DNA from: a bacterium
GTDB lineage: Bacteria; Patescibacteriota; Saccharimonadia; Saccharimonadales; UBA4665
Direction: 5' to 3'
DNA length: 64,000 nucleotides
Assembly (NCBI GenBank): GCA_021850865.1
Contig: JAJZKN010000001.1
Coordinates: 158,834-222,833 of the forward strand
A program made the position numbers and the translations under genes. Every line of letters begins with the position of its first letter. Within the stretch, counting starts at the first letter, position 1. This document shows, in pieces, positions 33,746 through 43,534 of the stretch. The notes under the pieces were generated by a model, which did not search any database, had not been told where the DNA came from, and saw only the letters and a list, made by a program, of their open reading frames with translations.

Positions 33746-36409
33746 CTAACGCTTTCTTCTTTTAGCAACTGTTTTACGTTTACGTTCGGTTTTTCGGGCT
33801 TTTTTCCGTTGATTGGCGCCAATAGTCTTTTTGGAAGATGCTAAGTTACCGCTACCATTTTGCCGCGTCGTTTGATTAGCTGAATCGCTGCCGTTTTTGG
33901 CCGTAGCGATAAAGTCCTCTTCGTGAAACTCGTCCTGATTATGAATAATCTGACCGGCATTTTCAACCGAGCCTCTGGCAGCGCGGGTCAAGCTGGTTTC
34001 AATCGGCCGGTCGAGCTGGCCGACATCAACCGGATAAGTGTTGAATACCGTTCTAATCACTAGGTGCCGTAAGGTTTGAAGCATGGCATCGAATAGTACC
34101 TGACCTTGCCGTCGATATTCAACAAGCGGATCCTGCTGTCCGACACCCATCCAGTGAATCCCCTCTCTCAGGTGATCCATGTTCTCTAAATGCTGCATCC
34201 ATTGATCATCAAGAATCTGAAGATATATATCCCGCTCCAGCCGCCGCATGAAATCTATACCGAAAGCGGTTTCCCGAGAAGCGTAGAGTTCTTTAGCTTC
34301 ACTTAGTAAAATCGGCTCGAACTTGTCCGCTTCAGTATCAAACATCCGATCCAGAGTCGGCTCATCAAACGGGAATATTTCCTTGATAGTATCTTCGTAA
34401 TTGTCCGACATCAACTCCGGAGAGCCGGCTAGAAGATGAACTTCTTCCTCGATTAAGGCTTTAACTCGCTTGCTAATATCCGTTGCTCGTAAAATTTCCC
34501 GCCGCATGCTATAGACAGCCTTACGATGCCGATTCATCACATCATCGTACTGAACTACGGTTTTTCTTTGATCAAAGTTATAACCCTCAACTCTCTCTTG
34601 AGCCTTTTCCAGTGAACGGGAGATTATCCGGTTTTCGATCGGAGTATCTTCATCCGCTCCCAATCGTGACATAACATTGCCGATTCGGTCACCCCCGAAA
34701 ATACGCATCAAATCATCCTCGGTACTAACAAAGAATTGGGTTACGCCCGAATCTCCCTGCCGGCCGGATCGCCCACGCAACTGGTTGTCAATCCGCCGAG
34801 ACTCATGTCTTTCCGAGCCAAGAACGAATAAACCGCCCAACTCTTTAACGCCCTCGCCTAATACGATATCCGTGCCTCGCCCGGCAATGTTAGTTGCCAG
34901 AGTGACCGCTCCCCTTTCACCCGCTTTGGCAACGATTGTCGCTTCGCGTTCGTTGTTTTTCGCGTTTAACATCTGATGTGGAACTTTTGCCTTTTTTAAC
35001 AGAGTGCTGAGCACTTCGTTCTTTTCAATCGAGGCGGTGCCGAGTAGAACCGGCTGCCCCTTGACATGCAACATTTCCACTTCCCTGACGATTGCCTGGA
35101 ATTTGGACTTCTCGCTACGGTAGATCCGATCGGAACGGTCTTCGCGCACAATCGGTCTGTTTGGCGGAATCTCCACAACGTCCAGTTTGTAAATCTGATG
35201 GAACTCCTCGGCTTCGGTCATAGCCGTACCGGTCATACCCGACAATTTGTCATACAAACGGAAGTAATTCTGGAATGATATGCTGGCTAAGGTCATAGAT
35301 TCCTCCTGAACCTCAACGCTTTCTTTGGCTTCGATCGCCTGGTGTAAGCCCTCGTTATAACGACGACCCTGCAATAACCGGCCGGTGAATTCGTCGACGA
35401 TTACTACCTCGCCGTCTTTAGTGACGACATAATCCTTATCCTTTTTAAACAACGCTTGGGCTTTTAGGGCCTGCTGCAAGTGATAGATTGTACGGATATT
35501 TTCCGACGCATAGAGATTACTGATACCCAAGGACTTTTCCAGTTTATCGACGCCTTTATCGGTCAGAATGACCTGTTTACGTTTTTCATCGGTCTCATAG
35601 TCGGTGTCTTTTTTTAGCGGTCTGACGATTTTGGCAAACTGGGCATAAGCCGTACCGCTGGTCACGCTAGGAGCGCTAATAATTAACGGGGTTCTTGCTT
35701 CGTCGATTAAAATCGAGTCGACTTCGTCAACAATGGCAAAATTCAGGTCGCGCTGACGTAACTGATCAACCTCTCTAACCATGTTATCCCTCAGATAATC
35801 GAAACCGAATTCATTATTAGTACCGTAAGTAACATCGGCGGCGTAGGCGGCTTGACGGGAGGTTTCCTTCAGATGGCGCATTCGCGGATCATCATGCTCC
35901 TTATTGGTAAAATCGGGGTCGTAAACATATGAGTGGTCGGCCATAATAACGCCGACTTGCATTCCTAAAAAGTGATAGATCTGTCCCATCCAGCCGGCAT
36001 CCCGCTGTGCCAAGTAATCGTTAACGGTCACAACGTGCACTCCCTTTTCGGTCAGAGCATTCAAATATACCGCCAAAGTGGCTACCAGGGTTTTACCTTC
36101 GCCGGTTTTCATTTCCGCCACGTTGCCTTCATGCAATACTATGCCGCCGATCAACTGGACATCATAGTGTCGCTGCCCCAACGTTCGGGTTGCCGCTTCT
36201 CTCACTAAAGCAAAAGCATCCGGTAATATACCATCAAGAGTTTCTTTGCCCAGTCGTTTTTTGAGCTTTAAGGTTTGCTCTTTCAGCCCGGCATCACTCA
36301 TCTTCTGGTATTTGTCCGCTAGTTTGTTGACTTCCTCGACCCGCTTTCTTAAGCGTTTTAGAGTTTTAGCTTGCGGATCACCTAATATTTTTTTAAAAAC
36401 AGTATGCAT
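33746..36409 (-). CDS. secA: Preprotein translocase ATPase SecA
   Basis: It has MKTGEGKTLVATLAVYL, DEVDSILIDEARTPLIIS and TNIAGRGTDI. A basic C-terminal tail replaces the Zn-binding CTD. Confidence 0.96.
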   Translation of the reverse strand: MHTVFKKILGDPQAKTLKRLRKRVEEVNKLADKYQKMSDAGLKEQTLKLKKRLGKETLDGILPDAFALVREAATRTLGQRHYDVQLIGGIVLHEGNVAEMKTGEGKTLVATLAVYLNALTEKGVHVVTVNDYLAQRDAGWMGQIYHFLGMQVGVIMADHSYVYDPDFTNKEHDDPRMRHLKETSRQAAYAADVTYGTNNEFGFDYLRDNMVREVDQLRQRDLNFAIVDEVDSILIDEARTPLIISAPSVTSGTAYAQFAKIVRPLKKDTDYETDEKRKQVILTDKGVDKLEKSLGISNLYASENIRTIYHLQQALKAQALFKKDKDYVVTKDGEVVIVDEFTGRLLQGRRYNEGLHQAIEAKESVEVQEESMTLASISFQNYFRLYDKLSGMTGTAMTEAEEFHQIYKLDVVEIPPNRPIVREDRSDRIYRSEKSKFQAIVREVEMLHVKGQPVLLGTASIEKNEVLSTLLKKAKVPHQMLNAKNNEREATIVAKAGERGAVTLATNIAGRGTDIVLGEGVKELGGLFVLGSERHESRRIDNQLRGRSGRQGDSGVTQFFVSTEDDLMRIFGGDRIGNVMSRLGADEDTPIENRIISRSLEKAQERVEGYNFDQRKTVVQYDDVMNRHRKAVYSMRREILRATDISKRVKALIEEEVHLLAGSPELMSDNYEDTIKEIFPFDEPTLDRMFDTEADKFEPILLSEAKELYASRETAFGIDFMRRLERDIYLQILDDQWMQHLENMDHLREGIHWMGVGQQDPLVEYRRQGQVLFDAMLQTLRHLVIRTVFNTYPVDVGQLDRPIETSLTRAARGSVENAGQIIHNQDEFHEEDFIATAKNGSDSANQTTRQNGSGNLASSKKTIGANQRKKARKTERKRKTVAKRRKR

Positions 36410-36512
36410 ATATAGTAAAATCTTCCTATTATTCTTCCCCGCGACTGATTAACAACAAATTTTCATAGACAATTATAACCTAGGCGAACAAATAAAAGCG
36501 ATAGCTTGACTG

Positions 36513-36869
36513 CTAAAACTGAAATTTTAACCGGCGAAGCAAGCTCCGGTCCTTACGGCCGCCTTCATGTAGTTCTTTGTATTTGATTAATGCCTGCTTG
36601 GATTTTTCTTCGACGATATCGACAGCTGCATAAATGTTCACCGTCCCCTCGTTGATTCTTAGCTTTTCTTTTGGCAAGTGGTAAACAACTTCACAGTTGC
36701 ATAACTTACCGCCTTTAGACTTTGACTCGGAAATATATACCTCAACATGAAAACTCTCTCTGGTTTCCGGTGGCAAGTATTTATTCAGTTTGGTAATTTT
36801 TTTAATAATGTATTTTTTCAAATTATCATCAACGTCAAAATGAACACCGTGAATTTCTAATCTAGCCAT
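36513..36869 (-). CDS. hpf: Ribosome hibernation promoting factor / RaiA family
   Basis: LEIHGVHFDVDDNLKKYIIKKITKLNKYL is typical of the S30AE family. The ATG at 36869 lies 9 nt after a GGAGG. The ORF is open to the GTG at 36878. Confidence 0.85.
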   Translation of the reverse strand: MARLEIHGVHFDVDDNLKKYIIKKITKLNKYLPPETRESFHVEVYISESKSKGGKLCNCEVVYHLPKEKLRINEGTVNIYAAVDIVEEKSKQALIKYKELHEGGRKDRSLLRRLKFQF

Positions 36870-36961
36870 ATGCTGCACCCTCCTTTATTTTTAATGTCTT
36901 AGGTAAAAAGAACTTGATTGTTCCACTACTCTATTTCTATATTTTACTCTCTTAGCCAAAA

Positions 36962-38257
36962 TTAAATCCGGTCTTGGGCCATCAACGCCTGCAGTACTTT
37001 CGGTAATCTGATGCGGCCATCAGCGGTTTGGCCATTTTCGATAATAGCAGCCATAATCCGACCGAGGGCAAACGCAGTCGCATCGTTAGTGTGTATCAGA
37101 GCGAGTTCGCCATTATCGCGACGGGCCCGGATTCGTAAATCACGACTCTGGTAATCGCCCATATAATCGGCCGTGTGCGTTTCGCGGTAAGCATTTTGCG
37201 ACGGAAACCAGGTATTAATATCGGTGCCGCTGGCATTGGGTTTGCCGATATCCGCTGTGCATTTGGTGATCAACTGATATGGGAGTTCTAATTGTTGGAC
37301 CAGATACTCCTGGATCGCAATTAATAATTTGTGCTCGTCCAGGCCGGTTTCCGGCAAGCTTAGCACCTCCATTTCTAGCTTGTCGAATTGATGCAGCCGG
37401 ATCAGTCCCTCCATGTCTTTGCCGTAAGTACCGGCTTCGCGACGAAAGCTGGTTGAATAACCGACCAACCGGATCGGCAACGTGTCGGCGGCAATAATTT
37501 CGTCCATATACATCGTACAGAGGGTGTGCTCGGCACTGGCGTTCAGCCACAGATCATCTTGTTCGATCTTATAGGTCATTTCCTCGGCATTCAGTCGGGC
37601 GCTGGCCTGATATGGTCCGGTTTTCAACACGGCTGGCGGCAAAACCGGCAAAAACGGTTTGGCGACTAACTTTAGTCGGTTGTCATCGATTAGCCTCTCG
37701 ATCAAAGAGGTGTCGGTTAATTGAGAGATAACAAAATTAATAATCGCGAATTGCAGCCTGACTAGATCGCCTTTTATATAAGCGAAGCGGCTGCCGGCAA
37801 TTTTTGCCGCCCGGGTTTTATCGATAAAATCACGCTCTTCGCCTATGGCATGATGTGAACGCGGACTGAAATCGAAAACCGGCGGTTCGCCAACTGTCTT
37901 ACTGATAATGTTCTGGTCCTCGCTCCTACCGACCGGCACATCGTCGAGCGGCATATTGGGTACAGCTTTTAAGGCTTCGTTAAACTCGCCGTCACTCAGC
38001 TTTAACTGTTCCTCTATAACTGCCAAATCTGCTTTTAGTTGCCGACCCTCAGCTTGCTGCTGTTGACTCGGCCTGGAACCTTTAAGCTGTTCATTAAGCT
38101 CGTTACGGCGGCGGCGCAACTGATCGGCTTGGTTTTGCAAATTGCGCCTGGCTTCATCTTTTACTAACAGACCCGTAATATCCACCTTGTATCCCTTTTG
38201 ATCAGCTTTTTCTTCGACAAGTTTTGGGTTGTCCCGGATATATTGAATATCTAGCAT
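36962..38257 (-). CDS. serS: Serine--tRNA ligase
   Basis: It has an N-terminal coiled-coil arm, class II motif 2 (YSTSFRREAGTYGKD) and motif 3. Confidence 0.94.
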   Translation of the reverse strand: MLDIQYIRDNPKLVEEKADQKGYKVDITGLLVKDEARRNLQNQADQLRRRRNELNEQLKGSRPSQQQQAEGRQLKADLAVIEEQLKLSDGEFNEALKAVPNMPLDDVPVGRSEDQNIISKTVGEPPVFDFSPRSHHAIGEERDFIDKTRAAKIAGSRFAYIKGDLVRLQFAIINFVISQLTDTSLIERLIDDNRLKLVAKPFLPVLPPAVLKTGPYQASARLNAEEMTYKIEQDDLWLNASAEHTLCTMYMDEIIAADTLPIRLVGYSTSFRREAGTYGKDMEGLIRLHQFDKLEMEVLSLPETGLDEHKLLIAIQEYLVQQLELPYQLITKCTADIGKPNASGTDINTWFPSQNAYRETHTADYMGDYQSRDLRIRARRDNGELALIHTNDATAFALGRIMAAIIENGQTADGRIRLPKVLQALMAQDRI

Positions 38258-39079
38258 CTATTTCTCTTTACTACTTAGTTTTGCTACTTTGCTTAGAGTG
38301 GTACGCTGTTTAGCTCTGACTGCGCTAAGGGTTAGTTCGGTCCTTTTCCGGGCATAGCTGCAAAATTCACACTGACCGCCCATGGCGGCGGTTCCAACCG
38401 GAGGCATTACCTCATCTTCTAGCACCATCTTAATCTCTCCAAGGGTTGGTTCGACCCAGCTATCATTGCCCTTATATAGAATCAGCTTAGTCTGAAACTC
38501 CAGTTTATCAAAAAAACCATCAGCGTTAACCCGGCCGTTAGTGTAAACAAAATAGCCTTCATCCGCAACGCTTAAGCCGTTTTCCCTAAGCAGCCATTGG
38601 TAAACCTCCAGCTGGCGCTTGTAACTGATCTGCCAGTCGCTATCGATACCCACTTCGCCGTCTTTAGCTGTCGCCTTGTAGTCAACAACAATAGCCCTTC
38701 CCGAAGTATCGATCCACAGATCATCAATTGCCCCATATACCCACAAATTAGTCGGCTGGTGCAGTGTTGCTACACCGGTAAAGTTGTGCCGCCACTGTTC
38801 CAGCTTTTCATGCTGCATCGGAACGGCGGTAACATTGTGCTTAGTCATTAACGGGTGTGGATCGCCTTTTTTCCGGTATACGTCAAACTCTTTCTTCAAT
38901 AACTCGTCAATCGCCTTATTGAGCGTAAACGGAGGGCTGTTGGGACGCGTGATACTCAACCTGGCATCAAGCCAAAAACACCGTTTACATTGCATAAACA
39001 GTTCAATTTTGGACCGAGATATTTTATATGGATCTTTTTGTCCGGGATTATAAGCCGAACGTTTGTAATAACCTGCCAT
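38258..39079 (-). CDS. PD-(D/E)XK nuclease superfamily protein, Cas4/RecB-like with four Cys
   Basis: It has GAIDDLWID, VVDYKA (D-x-K) and QLEVYQWL, with CxxC at the N-terminus (QCKRCF) and CxxC at the C-terminus (QCEFCSY). Its stop abuts the serS start. Confidence 0.75.
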   Translation of the reverse strand: MAGYYKRSAYNPGQKDPYKISRSKIELFMQCKRCFWLDARLSITRPNSPPFTLNKAIDELLKKEFDVYRKKGDPHPLMTKHNVTAVPMQHEKLEQWRHNFTGVATLHQPTNLWVYGAIDDLWIDTSGRAIVVDYKATAKDGEVGIDSDWQISYKRQLEVYQWLLRENGLSVADEGYFVYTNGRVNADGFFDKLEFQTKLILYKGNDSWVEPTLGEIKMVLEDEVMPPVGTAAMGGQCEFCSYARKRTELTLSAVRAKQRTTLSKVAKLSSKEK

Positions 39080-39130
39080 AACTTAAGCTCTATTGTATCA
39101 GGTAGTACGGCCGGGCGGTCATTTTAAATC

Positions 39131-40411
39131 TTATAGTGCCCTTAAAATGGCCAAGGCTTCAATGTGCGGAGTTTTGGGAAAGAAATTATACAAATCAATC
39201 ACCTTTGTCAGGTATAGATCACTCATTAGCGACATGTCCCGAACTAGAGTTGCCGGATTACAGCTTAAATAGATTATTTGCGGCGGGCGCCGTTCACGGA
39301 TAGCGGCGATTACTTTAGGATGCAAGCCAGTCCGGGGCGGATCGAATATTACCGGCCGGTCAGAAGGTATAAGCTCCAGCGAATCTTCACTGGAGGCCAA
39401 ATGAATTCTGGCCTGCTTTAGGCCGGAGGCATTCTGCTTAGCCAGTATTGCTGCGCGCGAGTTAATTTCCACCAAATCCAGCCTGGACTTGGCTAAACTA
39501 ATGCCGATAGTGCCAACGCCAGCGTACATATCGACTAGAGACTGTCCGATAATTTCACGCTTCATTCGATTAAGTACTGCCTTAAAGGCGCCCAGGTTAA
39601 CCTGAAAGAACGTATCAGGGTCATAACTAAAATCAAAACCAAAGAGGTTATCGTGTAAAACCGTATTGCCCAGTACTAGCAGTCGTTTAGTGGCTTGATT
39701 TGCCGGACTTTTCGGGTCGGAGTAATAGACATTTAGGCCCCTTACACCTTTGGGCAGGATAAACTTATAACCAGGAACATTCTCCTTAATAAATAAAGAA
39801 ATAGCCACATCATTCGCTTGATTAGCCCGGATAACCGCTCCTTTAAGAACCGAAGCCCGCAGCCCGGCGGCAGAAAGCTCGCTAATCAATGCATGCGCCC
39901 CGGAGTCAATTGCCGGCATCGCCAGCGAACTACCCTCTATGATCTGTTTTTGATGGCTGCCTCGACGACGTAGCGCCAAATGCAATCCCTGATCGTCACC
40001 AAAAAATCCATAATCCATTTTGTTCCGGTAATGCCATTGTTTCGGAGAATGATGAAACCGAAGTTTTATTTCCGGCAAATCGGTGCCACTTATTAGCTCT
40101 TGGACGATCGTTATTTTGGCAACGGCTTCGGCTTCCCGGGTCATAATTTGCCAGGGTGAGCTGTCGAGAAAGTTAGTGTCCTTGGCCGTACGTCGCATAG
40201 GCGACGGTTCGATAATATGGTCAGCGACCGCCTCCAGGTAGTTCTTCTTCCTCTTTATTATCCTTATTCCCACTGTCTCTTTGGGTAATGCATTCCAGAC
40301 AAACACTACCCGCCCGTCATTAAGTCTTGCCAGACCCTGGCCACCATTAACCAGTTTTTCAATAGTTACAACTTCGCTGTTAATCGGTTTATCCCCTATC
40401 CTTTTAGCCAT
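39131..40411 (-). CDS. 23S rRNA/tRNA (uracil-C5)-methyltransferase, RlmD/TrmA family
   Basis: It has an N-terminal TRAM-like domain, VDMYAGVGTIGISLA, IFDPPRTGLHP and the catalytic YLSCNPATLVRD. Confidence 0.8.
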   Translation of the reverse strand: MAKRIGDKPINSEVVTIEKLVNGGQGLARLNDGRVVFVWNALPKETVGIRIIKRKKNYLEAVADHIIEPSPMRRTAKDTNFLDSSPWQIMTREAEAVAKITIVQELISGTDLPEIKLRFHHSPKQWHYRNKMDYGFFGDDQGLHLALRRRGSHQKQIIEGSSLAMPAIDSGAHALISELSAAGLRASVLKGAVIRANQANDVAISLFIKENVPGYKFILPKGVRGLNVYYSDPKSPANQATKRLLVLGNTVLHDNLFGFDFSYDPDTFFQVNLGAFKAVLNRMKREIIGQSLVDMYAGVGTIGISLAKSRLDLVEINSRAAILAKQNASGLKQARIHLASSEDSLELIPSDRPVIFDPPRTGLHPKVIAAIRERRPPQIIYLSCNPATLVRDMSLMSDLYLTKVIDLYNFFPKTPHIEALAILRAL

Positions 40412-41064
40412 GTATTTAGCGCATTGGTTAGTTCCTTGATGTTTGTCGCCAACTCGTAGGGAGAAGAATTGGCCAGTAATTGTCTACTGTTATAACCCCA
40501 GCTCACCGCGATGCATTTAAGTTTAGCCTGTCTGGCCGCCTCGATGTCCCGAACTTCGTCCCCGACGTAAATTACCCGCTCAAGGTCTAAGCCTTCGGCC
40601 CTAATTAACTTTTTGATTAGTCTACCCTTATTTAGCAGCCCGGCTCCGCCGTATACCCTCTCAAAGCAGTTACTTAGTTTTTTAGCTTTTAAAAATTTTA
40701 TTACATTGGTACTACTATTACTGCTAACGATAAATAATCTGAGGTTTTTTTTGTTTGATAGTTGAGTCAATAAGGTGGAAATTCCTTCGGTCAAGGGAAT
40801 GTTACCCATCTGTTCAGACAAAAGTTTCCGTCCCCGGAATAATAAAAAAGGCCACTTCCACTTCGGATATTTTAATGTTTTGAAAGCTTCGGCCAATCCG
40901 ACATTATCGTCACGGTTAATTTTTACCAACTCCAGATCCGCCAGTCGCTCATCTTTAATTAGTTGGTGGCCAATTCTTACTATCAAATCAAAACTGTCGG
41001 CAATTGTTCCGTCGAGATCAAAAATAATCGATGAGTCCGGTATCGTCTGTCCGTTACTAGTCAT
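40396..41064 (-). CDS. HAD-superfamily hydrolase (phosphoglycolate phosphatase-like)
   Basis: It has motif I IIFDLDGTIADS, motif II VSSNS and motif III/IV YVGDEVRDIEAA. Confidence 0.8.
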   Translation of the reverse strand: MTSNGQTIPDSSIIFDLDGTIADSFDLIVRIGHQLIKDERLADLELVKINRDDNVGLAEAFKTLKYPKWKWPFLLFRGRKLLSEQMGNIPLTEGISTLLTQLSNKKNLRLFIVSSNSSTNVIKFLKAKKLSNCFERVYGGAGLLNKGRLIKKLIRAEGLDLERVIYVGDEVRDIEAARQAKLKCIAVSWGYNSRQLLANSSPYELATNIKELTNALNTWLKG

Positions 41065-41087
41065 AGTCTCAGCATACTACCGGCTTA

Positions 41088-42386
41088 TCATTCACTGCGC
41101 AAGGCTTCAATCGGATCAAGTTTCGCCGCTTTGCGGGCCGGCAATAAACCAGCGATCACGGCAACTATAATCAAGAAAATAATTAGCCCAATAATCTGGC
41201 TGGCGTGAAAAATCAATAACCGACTGTTGCCGAAACTGATCTGTTTTGAAATCCAGGGATTCAACGCCGTACCGGCTATAATCGCCAGGCCGCTGCCGAT
41301 AACAGCCCCAATGCCGCCAATCCAGGCCGCTTCAACAATAAACAAATTACTGACATTGCGACTGCTCATGCCAAGTGCCTTCATCAGCCCGATTTCCCTG
41401 GTTCGCTCCAGCACACTTATATACTGAGTGTTAACTACTCCGAAGAATGATGCAATCAAGGTTATCAGACCAAACACAATTATGACTATCTGCAACACAT
41501 TAACTATCTGGGTAATCAAAGCCTGGGCGTTTTTGGCACTTTCCGCCCCATAACCGTACTTTTCGATCACCGATTGGACGGCACTAAGTTTTGCCTGATT
41601 GGTACCGTCTTTGACTTTCACTGTCGCCAGTAAAAAACGATTGGCGTTAACTGTCCCGCGATTAACAAAATCATAGGTGGACTTGGCGGTAGAGGCATTA
41701 ACTAGCAAGGTAGTGTTGATGTTGCCGCTGATTAGGGTCGATGGACTAGTTAATACGGCGGCTATAGTGAACGTTCTGGTTTGTGTGCCACCAAGAGTTT
41801 GCAGCAGATTAACGCTCAATGTCTGGCCAAGAGCCGCCTGACCGTTCTTAAAATGCAGCAAACTTAAATAATCATTAGGTAAAACAACCTGGTTGGCGGT
41901 CAAGCCACTACTCTTAACTGAACCAGCAACAAACTGATGGGTTATCGCTGGATTATAGGCTTCAACCGATCCGGTATACTTGCCGGCGCCGCTACGAGTG
42001 ACATAGCGAACGGTAGTGGTATATGGCTCAAATACGCTTTCAACACCGTTTATCGACGCCAGCTTCTGTAAATCCTTCTGGTTCAGTTCTTTAACCAGAT
42101 GACCGCGAAGTATCCCCACCGAAGCCAGCGAACCGCTATATGGTTGCGGCTTATTACTGACCGGACCGGAAGTAAATGTAGACTCGCTCTTAGCCACAAT
42201 TAATGAGCTCGGATCAAAATTAGTATCGATTAATTTAGCGCCATAGGCATTGGCACCATTTGCCGCCGCCAGGGTCACGCTCAGAGTAAAACCGCCAACC
42301 GCCAAAGCCGCCGCCGTTAGCAAGGTTCTCACTTTAGCCTGCTTGATAGACCGGCCGCTGCGCCTGAGGATATCTCTGAATTTCAT
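41088..42386 (-). CDS. ABC transporter permease, MacB/FtsX-like
   Basis: It has an N-terminal TM, a large periplasmic domain and a C-terminal FtsX-type 3-TM bundle. It overlaps the ATPase gene by 4 nt. Confidence 0.85.
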   Translation of the reverse strand: MKFRDILRRSGRSIKQAKVRTLLTAAALAVGGFTLSVTLAAANGANAYGAKLIDTNFDPSSLIVAKSESTFTSGPVSNKPQPYSGSLASVGILRGHLVKELNQKDLQKLASINGVESVFEPYTTTVRYVTRSGAGKYTGSVEAYNPAITHQFVAGSVKSSGLTANQVVLPNDYLSLLHFKNGQAALGQTLSVNLLQTLGGTQTRTFTIAAVLTSPSTLISGNINTTLLVNASTAKSTYDFVNRGTVNANRFLLATVKVKDGTNQAKLSAVQSVIEKYGYGAESAKNAQALITQIVNVLQIVIIVFGLITLIASFFGVVNTQYISVLERTREIGLMKALGMSSRNVSNLFIVEAAWIGGIGAVIGSGLAIIAGTALNPWISKQISFGNSRLLIFHASQIIGLIIFLIIVAVIAGLLPARKAAKLDPIEALRSE

Positions 42387-43075
42387 TCGCCGTCCCCACC
42401 CGTTCCTTCTACCTTGTCAATTTGACCGTCTTTGATAAATACCCGAATATCACACCGATTAGCGATATCGCTGTCGTGAGTGACAATTATCAGCGTGGAT
42501 CCCTGACTACGATAAAGGTCAAACAACAGATCGATTACCTTATCCCCGGTAGCACTGTCCAGATTACCGGTAGGCTCATCGGCTAAAATTACTTTCGGAT
42601 TAGTAACGATTGCTCGAGCGATGGCCAGGCGCTGCTTTTGGCCACCCGAAAGAGTTCCGGCCGGGCTTTTGATTTTGTCTGCCAGTTCCACCTTAGCTAG
42701 CGCATCCTCGATCAGCCTACGGCGAGCGGTAACTGCTAAGGCGTTTATTTCAAGCGGCAAAGCTACGTTCTGGTAACAGGTTTGGTTGGCTTCGATAAAA
42801 AACGACTGAAAAACAAACCCCAGCTCACGGCTCCGGTAATGGTCCATTTGTTTTTTGGAAAGTGTTTCAAGTCGGTGATTATTAATCCTAATCGAACCGC
42901 TGCTCGGTCTGTCCAGGCCACCAAGTAGATGCAGAAAGGTCGATTTGCCCGAACCGCTTTTGCCAATTACGGCTATAGTTTTATTGTCAGGCAGTGTTAG
43001 ATTAATATGTTTAAGCGCCGTAAAGGCAGTATCTTTTTTGCCATAAACCTTGGATACATCTTCTAGTTCGATCAT
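42383..43075 (-). CDS. ABC transporter ATP-binding protein (MacB/LolD-like)
   Basis: It has Walker [10 protein letters not shown], signature LSGGQKQR and Walker [12 protein letters not shown]. Confidence 0.92.
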   Translation of the reverse strand: MIELEDVSKVYGKKDTAFTALKHINLTLPDNKTIAVIGKSGSGKSTFLHLLGGLDRPSSGSIRINNHRLETLSKKQMDHYRSRELGFVFQSFFIEANQTCYQNVALPLEINALAVTARRRLIEDALAKVELADKIKSPAGTLSGGQKQRLAIARAIVTNPKVILADEPTGNLDSATGDKVIDLLFDLYRSQGSTLIIVTHDSDIANRCDIRVFIKDGQIDKVEGTGGDGE

Positions 43076-43144
43076 CTTCAGCCTAACTATATCAAGAAAA
43101 TAGAACTGGTAATATAAGACTTGCTTGACGCTTGTGGCTTTTTC

Positions 43145-43516
43145 TCAGGATTCGAGTTCTCTGATCTTTTGGTGATCAAGCCCATAGTAATGGCCGATTT
43201 CGTGCCAGAGGGTATGCCGAATATTCTCTTTTAACCCTGATAGCGAAGTCGATGCCGCTTCCAGCGGACCCTTAAAGAGCGTTATCTTATCCGGCAATAG
43301 TTTCGACTGGCCCTGTCGGCTTGGCAAGGGAATCCCTTCATACAAACCGAACAATGTCTGGTCATCACGCAGCTGCAGCTTGAGTCGCTGTTCGCCGTCT
43401 GGTTCATAATCAAAAAGAATCGCAACATTAGCGATATTTTTGGCATGAATTCCCGGCAGAGTACTTAATGCCTCCTCGGTTAAAACCTGAAACTGCTGAT
43501 CATCAACTCTAAACAT
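43145..43516 (-). CDS. Small zincin-like metallopeptidase family protein
   Basis: It has a C-terminal HEIGHYYGL (HExxH). It is 123 aa. Confidence 0.7.
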   Translation of the reverse strand: MFRVDDQQFQVLTEEALSTLPGIHAKNIANVAILFDYEPDGEQRLKLQLRDDQTLFGLYEGIPLPSRQGQSKLLPDKITLFKGPLEAASTSLSGLKENIRHTLWHEIGHYYGLDHQKIRELES

Positions 43517-43534
43517 TATGCTGCTGACCTCACT

